Assembly: GCF_006345805.1 (NCBI RefSeq)
Contig: NC_043006.1
Location: 30,690,001 to 30,754,000, forward strand
DNA from: Octopus sinensis
Taxonomy: Eukaryota
Length of the DNA stretch: 64,000 bases
Reading direction: 5' to 3'
Shown here in pieces: positions 51,001 through 61,600 of the stretch. The notes beneath the pieces are model-generated. The model ran no database searches and had not been told where the DNA came from. It worked only from the letters and a program-made list of their open reading frames with translations. The stretch's first letter is position 1. Every line of letters begins with the position of its first letter. The position numbers and the translations under genes are program-made.

Positions 51001-54000
51001 ATTTTGTTAATTCTATCTCTGGCTTGTATGTCCCTGGCCTTTTCAGTTAAAGAGAACTAAATATTTTCGAGTTAATACCAATTTAATTTGCTTGTCCAAA
51101 TGCCTTGCTTTGTGATGATATCCCTGTATAAAAGAACCCCCTGTTTTTATCTTACTTGACTAAACTTCACTCAACATTCTTGTCATAAAAACAGGCAATA
51201 TTTTTCTCTTTTTAGTTGATTTATTTTTGTTTTATGTAAATATTTATTGAATTTTATTGTAATCTCATTGAAATAATTGAGTTTGCTTATTTCTCTAAAC
51301 AGGTTTTGCTCCCGACACCTTCCTGGACCTAACCGATACCAGTTGGTTCCACCACGTGAAGTGATGGCACTACCAGAAGTAGTCATGCCACGACTATTTA
51401 TCCGCCTGCTATACCACTTAAGAGAATTTGCTAAAGTAGGTCTGTATCACATGGTATTAACTGTTCAAAATTTGATATTTTAGTTAAGAATTAGTAGTGT
51501 CACTGTTTGGTGTTTGAATATATTTGTCATATTTCTTATAATGAAGAGGGATAATTTTCTCCATGCCTTCAGTTGATTGCAACTTAACCAGGAATACTAT
51601 CATCCTCATAATTTTCCATGAGTTTTCCCATCCTGCAGAGGAGTTGGACAGATCTCACAGTATCTCACCACTCCTTGCTATCTTATTATCTGGCCAAATT
51701 TGTGCATCTCTTCCAATGATCTGGATGTATTTGAAATGGTCTGTAGCAAGTCTAAAGAGCCACATTTATCCTGTATCAACTTTTTATTGGAATTATTACC
51801 CTCCTGAATGGGTTGTTGCAGAACCCATCTCTGTTTTGATGATTCAAATTTTGGTGTGGTTACATATGTATATTGTGCTTTCCATTTTTGGTATAGTTAT
51901 ACATATGTGTTTGTGTGAGTCTGGATATCATTGGAGAGTAGTCCAAAGTGACATAAATACACTCTAGAAAAGAAAATGAGTTTGAATCTTATCCTTATCG
52001 CCAATATAACTCAGTTATGTTTTAATACCGAATTATCAACTTGAATGCCAGCCAATAATGAAGTTATTTTGGCAACGAGGATGAGATTCAAACTCATTTT
52101 CTTTTCTAGAGCAATATAACAATTAGTAACAATGAAAGGATAATAAAGAAAAGAAGGGCTGATCACACAGCCTTGCTGGATACCTAGCATCTCTTTTAAA
52201 TTTGTTGTCCACTCTGACTTTGCTATCAGCACTCATGCACATTGTAACCCTTTCACAAGTCCTTCATCTACGCCTAGTTTCCTTATTACTGACCAGATAA
52301 CACAGTGATGGTCATATCCCCCAAACTGTGTCTTTTTTCAGATTTACCCTATTCTGAATTAACTTTACTAAAATTCTTTCTGCTAGATCCAAGGCTTGGT
52401 ATATTAGTTTGAGGTGTAATTGCTATTTTCTTGTGCATTTCCTTAAGCCTTTTAGAAGTTGATGATTATATGGTTACATTAGTCATTAGGGATAAAAACT
52501 TGTTCTGTTCTATGCAAAATACAGAGCTTATCATACCAGCTTCATAGTCTCATGCTTAAACATCTTAATCCGCCAGGCTTGATAGATCTGCTGCCATTTT
52601 CTTAATACATCGGAGTCTCTCTCTCTGTTGGTTCCACTTGAGTGAGTAGTTAGTCCCTCTCTAGTAGTTCTTCAGTAACCTTGTTGCTAAGCCACATTTC
52701 ACTATCATTGAGTTGAAGTGCATAGGTGACACTTTGGGACATATCTTTCCCCAGTGACAGTCAGATCCACACAAACTGGTTTGCAATTCAGAATGTTTTT
52801 TGCACCTTTCATCTCCACGGTGCAGAATTTTAACCACATTTTTATTCTTAGGTTCTCTCTTGATTTGATACACCTGACATCTTGCTTCTTGCTGAGCTTC
52901 TTTCTTTCTTCTCTTCTTTCCAAAACTGTCAGTTCTTATAATGAGAACTAACCAGTTGGCTGGCTTTCAGAAGATGGTATTGCAACAGCTTTGGTATTTA
53001 GTATTTCCCTTACTATGATCCACATTTGCTACTCATCACTGTCCTCTTCCTCATCATTAAATTACATCAACTTTTGGTGATAAAAATCACTGTTATCTAT
53101 TCTTGAAGTACTTTGCACAAGAGCCTTATAGAATCTGTCTGTTTGCTGTTCCACTAATTCAGAGGGACAAAACACATCACAGATGCTATTATTTACCTGA
53201 GATTACTTATTCTGTCACCTGTTCTAGATTTGACATTCACTCACTCATTGGCTAAGAATATACCTACACCACCCATACTGCAGTTATTTCTTCTTTGTAT
53301 TTTTGCTTCTTGCCTGGGGTGAGAAGCATGGCAGAAGCACCTCTCTGTCTTCGTACACATGATGTACAACCACTAATCTCTCCTATATTATGTCAACAAT
53401 CTTACCAGAAGCTACTTTTTAGGATGGTAACAACAGCTAATTAGTTATTAATTAAACCAGTAATTAACACAATAACAATTAAAAATAAAATTCAGACAAA
53501 AATGAAAAAAATCTATTTTCATTATCATCCTTAATCAACAGCTAAATGATATTAATTCATTTAGCAAACTCCTTAAGACAATTCATAAAGTATTAATTGA
53601 CATTATAATGAAGACTGTATTGGGTTTCATAATCATCTGGCCATCTTATTTTCAGTTAATTACTACAAAATCATTTTGTCAAGTGATCAAAACACTTTAC
53701 ATCAGATTTTGTTGTATAACATTTGAACAAGTTGTTTCTGTTATTTCCAATCAATGATACAACTACTTCCACCAATTATTACCATGACCTTTCATGATAT
53801 TACTGGCTACATTTAATTCCTCATCTACCGGTACCACTGCTTCTTCTACCAAAGTGTGGAGCTGTGTATGTGCATGTTTTCTGCTTATGTTTTTCTCTCT
53901 TGATTATATTACTAATTATTTTTCTTCATTTTATTTTGATTCCATTTTTCAGAGGCTGCCGATATCAGTCAGATAGCAATGCAAGATGCAGACTCTTATT

Positions 54001-57000
54001 TAAGTTTCCTGCACAGTCTTTGTGAGATGGGTGCTGTCATGATGAAGCAGATGGGCAAAACTCTTACTGATCCTGTAATCTATGAGAAATTCACTCAGAG
54101 TAAGTCACATGACTTTAACATTCACCAACATCACCATCACCACCATTATCATTGTCAACACCAACATTATTATAATTCATAACATTTCCACAATTACTGA
54201 CACATTCTCTGCCACTAGCTACCCAATTCATAATTGCTATTATTTGGTTTGGCTCAGGTTCGGTCTTATTCCTGATAGGATTTATGTGGATAGCTGGTTA
54301 CTACCTCTAATCTTAGGTATCCACAAGTTTTCAGCAGTCTCTGAAGTGCTTAGAACCCTCCTGATAATCATTGCTGTCCCTAAGAGAAACTTTCTGTAGG
54401 AGCTCTACCAGACATTCTGTTCCAAATCATTATTATCAATTTTTTTTTCACTTTTAATCTGTATGTTTGTTACAACCACCTGCTGAGACACACCCAGCAT
54501 CTTAGGGCGAGTGAAGAATAAGAAATATTATAGTATGAGCGAAAGTTTGAGGAGGGGAAGTGGCAGGGGCAGTAATGAAATATCTTAATGTAATACAACA
54601 CAGATATTTAAATTGATAAGGTTTTTCTAAAGATGTAGGCAGCATTTGTCAGCACAATTTTTTTGATTTCTTTGAGACATGATTCAAACACAGCCAAACA
54701 ACAACAACATGTCTCCTGGGATCTTATCTAAATGTTTCTGACATCCCTTTCTTATCATACCAAGGGCACCTACAATAACAGGAACAGTTCTTGCATTAAG
54801 ATGCCACGTCTTTTGTATCTCAATTTCCAAGTCCTTATATTTACTTAATTTGTCAAATTCTTATATGGATATATTTTTATGAATGGGAACACTTACATCT
54901 ATTAGTCTTCAAGTATTTTCTTCCCTGTCTTTAATCATTATGTCTGGTCAATTAGCCTGGATTGTTCCGTCAGCGTTGACTTGAAAATCCCAGAGGATAG
55001 CGACATTTTTACCTTCAGTGGCTGACTCGGAGTGATGTTCGTACCAGTAAGCAGGAGTACTGATTTTGTAGTGTTTACATATTTTCCAACGTAAATAGTG
55101 TCCTACCCTATTGTGGCAACTTTAGTATTTGTTTGGTGTCAGCACAGGACATCCTGAGACAAGATGGTCTATTGTTTCATCAAATGTGTTGCAGAATCTG
55201 CATTTAGGGTCAAAACCGTTTTGAAGAATGTGAGCCTGGTAGTTTTTGGTAAGCAAGCTTTGATCTTGTGCCACCAATATAAACCCTGCAGTCTCTGCTT
55301 TTGGTCCTGAACTTTTTGGCCACTGTTAAGTTGTTGCTTGTTATTATTATTATTATTTTTTAATTCAGGTTTTGTTGGACTTCCTGGAGTCTTGCATGTA
55401 CAGTAGGCTTGCTGCCTGCAGCCTATGGTACCATGCTATCTATTCTTCTCTACAATCTAATACTTTTCTGATTATTTTGGATGTGCCAAGGAGGCAAACC
55501 TTCTGTAACAGTTCTCCTGGGCTCTCTATTCCAATTTCTTTTACATTCCTCTTGGTACCTTCTCTTATTGTCCCTGAGGACCCAACAATAATCGCCACTG
55601 TTATTATTATTATTAGCTTGGTGGTATTTTGCCCGTTGTTACGATCTGAGTTCAAATTCCGCCGAGGTTGGTTTTGCCTTTCATCCTTTCAGGGTCAGTA
55701 AATTGAGGACCAGTCAATCACTGGGGTTGATGTAATCGACTAGTCCCCTCCCCTCAAATTTCAGGCCTTGTGTCTATAATAGAAAGGATTATTATTAAGG
55801 TGGCAATTTGGCAGAATCATTAATTAGCACCCCAGGCAAAATGCTTAACAGCATTTTGTCCGTCTGCATAGTGAGTTCAAATTCTGCCACGGTCAACCTT
55901 GCTCTTTATACTTTTGGGGTCAATAAAATAAGTACCAGTTAAGTATTGGGGATTGATTTAATTGACTTATCCGCTTCCTTGAAATTGTTGGCCTTGTGCC
56001 AAAATTTGAAACCGATAAATCAATTCTCTTCATCATCGTCATCATTTTCATTTAACATCTGTTTTCTATGCTAGCATGAGTTGGATGGTTTGATATGGAG
56101 CTGGCCAAAGATAAAAATAGCCGAGTTGAAATAAAAAGTATAAGAAACGAGATTTACATACGAAGTTGGAGTTTCGAATGATTGCCAGAGAATGTATACT
56201 AGAATTGGTTATTTAATAAGCAATATGCATATGGGTTGAGCCCTATCAGTGAGCCAGTCCCGCTTTTCTCTCCCAAATCAGTGCTTATAGTAATTAATAT
56301 CATTTTAGCAATTAATACTTCTAGAAAAAAGGATTGTTTTAATAATTCATCTCAGAAATTAATACATATAAGGAGCCTCCATGCAGTCACTAGACCTGCT
56401 AGAAATAAAAACCAAATCTTCCTTAAATCAGACCTTATTAAGTAAAAAATTAATACATTAGATAGCGTATTCCATGACATAGAAGAAGTTGAGATGATTA
56501 CAGCTATAATGTCGGAATGATTCAAACACAGCCAAACAGCAACAGCAACCTCATACACCTGTTCTTGTGGTACAGTGTTTGCTTTCTTGGAAATTGCATT
56601 TTGGAATTCTCTTAGGTGATTGTTAGATGTGTGTGCATGTATTTTTACTTTAAAATTCTTTTCTTCTTTGACTTCTGTATGAATATAATTTGAAATGGTT
56701 TCTATTTCAGGTGAAGGTTGCTACCACTCAGAAAGCCAGAAAAATTATTTACAGGCTGTGAAAGAGATGACTTATCCTCCATCATTTGATGTCTTTAGCA
56801 GTAAGTAATCTTCCTTTTCATTACTTCTCTACTTTGGAATCACTAAAAGATTAAATTTAAAACATATTCAGAACTCAAAGATTTATTTAAACTTGACTTT
56901 TTTTTTTACTTCTTTTTTTAAATTTATTTTGTGATTTGAAATTTCTTGACACTCTTCAAAGAATTCTTCATTTCTTCAATGGATTTAGTTTCTCATCAGT

Positions 57001-58554
57001 GGAACCATCCATTTATGACATTATTTATTTTACTGGCATAAGAACAACAAAAAAGAACATTCTTCCAAATTTAGAATTAATTTTAAAGACATTTTCTGCC
57101 TCTCTATTTATTCCATAACCTTCATGAACATATCTTTATATACTATACAGACAAAATCTGTTTGGACCAGAAACTACTGCACACCACAATCTTGGATGAA
57201 TTAGTCTTTTGGATGGTCAAGTTGGAATTACCACAGAAGATTGTTACGTTATTACTAAGTCTTCTGCCAGATGATCATTACAAGGTAAGCTTTTGAAAAT
57301 TCTTCCCCATCAGTAAAATGTTCCAAACACACCAACATTGGTTGTCAAGCAATGGTGGGAGGACAAACACACACACACACACATACACACACATATATAT
57401 ATATATAGATATATATTTTGTGTGTGGCAGGTGCACTGGTGCAATTGACACCATTAATACTCAGAAAACAGATTCCATTACACTCCTGGAGGAGAAACTA
57501 GAAGTAGTTGATAGTTTCTGCTACCTAGGTGACCAAGTTAGTAGTGGGGGTGGATGCTCAGAGAGTGTTACCACTAGAATAAGAATAGCCTGGGTAAAGT
57601 TTAGAAAGCTCCTACCCCTACTGGCGACAAAGGGTCTCTCACTCAGAGTGAAAGGTAGATTGTACGACGCATGTGTGCGAGCTGCCATGCTTCACGGTAG
57701 TGAGACATGGGCTGTGACTGCAGAGGACATGCATAGGCTTGAAAGAAATGAAGCTAGCATGATCCGCTGGATGTGTAATGTCAGTGTGCATACACAACAG
57801 AGTGTAAGTGCCCTGAGAGAAATGCTGGACATAAGAAGCATTGGATGTGGTGTGCAAGAGAGACGTTTGTGCTGGTATGGTCATGTACTATGGCTGGACG
57901 AGGAAAGATGTGTGAAGAAGTGCCATTCCCAAACAGTTGAAGGAATCCGGGGTAGAGGTAGACCCAGGAAGACATGGGATGAGGTGGTCAAGCATAACCT
58001 TCAAACGTTGGGTCTCACAGATGCAATGACGAAAGACCGAGACCTCTAGAGATATGCTGTGACTGTGAAGACCCAACAAATAATGTGAGTTCATGGCTGT
58101 TTCCTGCAGCAGCTTCACATAGAAGCCCCAGCCCATCCAAAGTACCTTAGATTGCAGGACGGCCTGCTGTGCTTACCTTGGATCGTAGGGCGACCTGCTG
58201 TGCTTGAGGAGACCTATTGAGTCAAATACATCAACATCAAAAAATCAAATGGAAATTGTAGTTGTGATACCTGTGCCGGTGGCACGTAAAAAGCACCCAC
58301 TACACTCACGGAGTGGTTGGCATTAGGAAGGGCATCCAGCTGTAGAAACACTGCCAGATCAGACTGGAGCCTGGTGCAGCCTCCTGGCTTCCCAGACCCC
58401 GGTTGAACCGTCCAACCCATGCTAGCATGGAAATGGACGTTAAACGATGATGATATATATATATATATTCCTGAGTGTTATACTAATACATCTGTTTGTT
58501 TTGTACACCACCTGTCTTTGTCTTTTGTTTTTTTCGTAAACTCTCCCTATATAT

Positions 58555-58604
<50 letters not shown>

Positions 58605-61600
58605 ACGGGCTTCTTTCAAACACTGACATTGAAGAAGAAGTGATTTTTCCCATAGACCATAAATAAAGTAGTAACAACAAAGGGTGAAAAGCCCTGGAGA
58701 AGCCACAAGAGCATCTCAGGAGGTGCAACAATTGAATGTAAAGTAGCCCTGAAAAGGGCCGTGTTATTGTTCTCACAATAGCCCTGGAAAGGATTGTTAA
58801 CTGTTTACAGGTATAAAGATCCTTTTTCGTTCACATGAAAAGCAGTGCATGCAGTTATGTCAAAACTCAAGCCATCTGCAATGAAATTGAGAAGCTGTAG
58901 TGGACAAAATAAAAAATAAAAGACTTAAGAAAAACAGGTAATTTTGGAAGAATGGCAGCAATAGCACTCACTCACCATAAACCTGTTCAGCAGGGAAGCT
59001 GCAGTGTGTTGGACAGCCTACAGCACCTCACAGTAGACGATATATTTTGTTTTGGCTTTTGGGGCGAATACGAAAAGTTTTTTTTTTTTTGCATCCAACT
59101 CTTGAGCATCTAATGTACAGTTGGCTGTACGAGAAGCATGGTTGGCCTAAATGGAGGCCTCTTGTTGTTAGTGTTTGGCCTTTGGACTTGTTGATGGACA
59201 TGGCAAAACAAAGTTGAAGAGGGAACTGAAGTCGACACAAGGGACAGGGGCATTGCTTATCTGATGGTGTAAGAAGTGTCCTGGGTGTAAAGACGTCTCT
59301 GATGCTGCAATCCATAAGAATAGTTGCTTCAATAACATGAGGTAGCACATTTTTTACCACTAACTGCATTCTGTTGCACAGACGTGGTGGCTCCAGGTTC
59401 CTCGGCAGCATAACCAGAGCTCCAATTTTAAGGTGCAGTTGATGAGTCAGTAGTCCCGAGGGATCCAAGTAATTGAGGAATTCTGTGGTAAAATTAATGG
59501 CCTCCTCTTGGTCCACTACAGTGTCCACAGACTTGTAGGTGTGAAGGTTTCCAGGAAAGCTTCGCAGCTGGTTTTCATTGAGTTTCGCAACAAATGTGTT
59601 TTTGGGAGCTAATATGGCTCTTTCACACAGCCAATTCAGGTCTTGGTAGTTTATGTGCAGATCAGGAAAAACAGCAGTTGTAAGGTCATCCACAGTGTCC
59701 ACAGGTGTGCCTATGTATGAGACAGAAGGAGGGAAATGCCTCCCCTGGGGTTAATGCAGCCCCTGATGTCTTTCAGGGTCCTGTCCACTGCTTCAAGGTA
59801 TCATTTATGTGCCATGGTGCATTTGCCCTAAACAATGAGCTGGCACCTTCGCAGCACTTCTGCTTTGTCTGAGTCTGTTGTAATAATGCAAGTGGCTGAG
59901 TCGGACACAGAAGCATTGAACGGGAATTTGAAGGTCGAATGAGCCGTCCTACCCCTGGGCAGTAGAGTCGTGACAATTCCGGAAGAAGCTACAGCTAAAG
60001 CGATCCCCTTTTACTGGCGTACTCTTGCAAGGAGGAGTTTAGTCATGAATGTTTTTCCAGTTCCTCCTGGGGCATCTGAAGAGAAAATACCTCCTTTGCA
60101 TTCACAAATGGAAGTGTAAACAGTACTGTATGCGTGTTGCTGGTCCTGAAGGAACTTTGGCTCATTTTCGTTGATGTATTGTTGAAGAGCATCGATGTCG
60201 TTGGCTGTTTCCTGAATAACACCTGTTGTTAGTGAGTGCAAGCCGGTTCTGCTGACTTTCGGTAGACCATAAAATGAAAGGTCGTTACTGCCGGCAGTAA
60301 GTAGGCTATCCTCAATGTTGAAGAATTCATTGTTGAAACTGACGTTCAAGTGAGGCAACAGAAGTTGTTGTTGGTGGTGGTAGTCCTCTGAAAGGCCTTC
60401 CTTGTATTTCTCCCTTAAGGTTACAGGATCACTGAGTTTGTATGTTTGCAGTAGCACTGCAAAGAACTTTTGAAGACTCCTTGCCAAGCATATTGTAGCT
60501 GCTTCAGCCATTGTTGGGTCCCACTGAGTGCCATCTTCTAGCAGGCCACGTTTAAAGCAGAATTTGTGGTATGTAGCAAAAACATCACTGTTGAAGCTTT
60601 CCAGGTCATCGAAAGATGTTGGTCCCGTGACCTCATGCAGCAGTAGGCGAAGGTAAAAACATTCCTGTTGGTTAGGGTGAAGTGTGTATCTCTTCCAAGG
60701 GTGGGGGAAGATTTTAAGTTTGGCTGTCCCTCGATGGGTTGTCCTTGTTTTCTTGATTCCCAAATGCGTGTTTTCTTTTTCCAAATGTAATATGATGGAA
60801 CTTGGGGATACATGAGGGTCTTGGCGAAGGGGTCATTGGTGCATAGTTTGAAGAAGACAGTGAGTACGGTGTCCTTGGGTTCTTGTGCCAGCTGGACAGT
60901 ATTAGAGCTGGAGATGTAGACTCTCTGGCCATTCTCAAGATGCAAAACTTGAAAAAAATTGATTTTTTTCCCATTTTTTTTGTCGCACATAGAATAGATA
61001 CTTGATAGAACCACTGTTACATGGTGGTTTTTTAGCTGTAAAAATCAAGGAAATTGGACTTTCCAGTGAAAAGGTTTCTACTGTGTAACTTTGCAAAAAT
61101 GCAAAAAATTGATTTTTTTTCAAAGTTTTTTGCAATTTTCTTGGGAATCACAGGCCCCAAGGCAGTGCCAAAACATTTGCCTGAAATGTTGCAACATTAC
61201 AGTCCTTTTGACACCAAAATTATAAAAATCAGACGTTCCTGTAAAAACTTTTCTCACATGCAACTTTTGCCTTTTTTTACAAAAAGTGAGTGGGGGTGGG
61301 GGCTTCAGTTTTATTGATTTTTATTCTAGAAGAGGGTATCTCTAGGCATTGATAATGCAGCAGTGACCTGCCTGGGTAAATTTGCTATTTAATAAAAAAA
61401 ATTTCATCAACATCAGATAAAAAAATGTGGAAACACATAAAAAGCATACACACACACACTGACATTTTGTGTTTTATAGATATAGATGGAGAAAAGGAAG
61501 AGAAAATTAAATGAAATAATAATGATTTTCTTGTGCATACCGTTCTCTTTATGACCCGCAAACGATTCTGTTGCTACTGTCAGCCACAACTAGCCACATC

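Noticed and set aside
52661-52923. Possible BED zinc-finger or hAT transposase remnant on the minus strand
   Set aside because: Only a vague W...C..C resemblance; too decayed to call.
57318-58049. 243-aa ORF as a host gene or as a UBR3 read-through fusion
   Set aside because: It is RTE RT C-terminus with a microsatellite-derived start; read-through from exon 6 stops after 3 codons (GTA AGC TTT TGA).
59028-60784. Cellular PIF1 helicase gene nested in UBR3
   Set aside because: Intronless, carries Helitron-specific upstream motifs, and has stops, a frameshift, a deletion and a dead Walker B.
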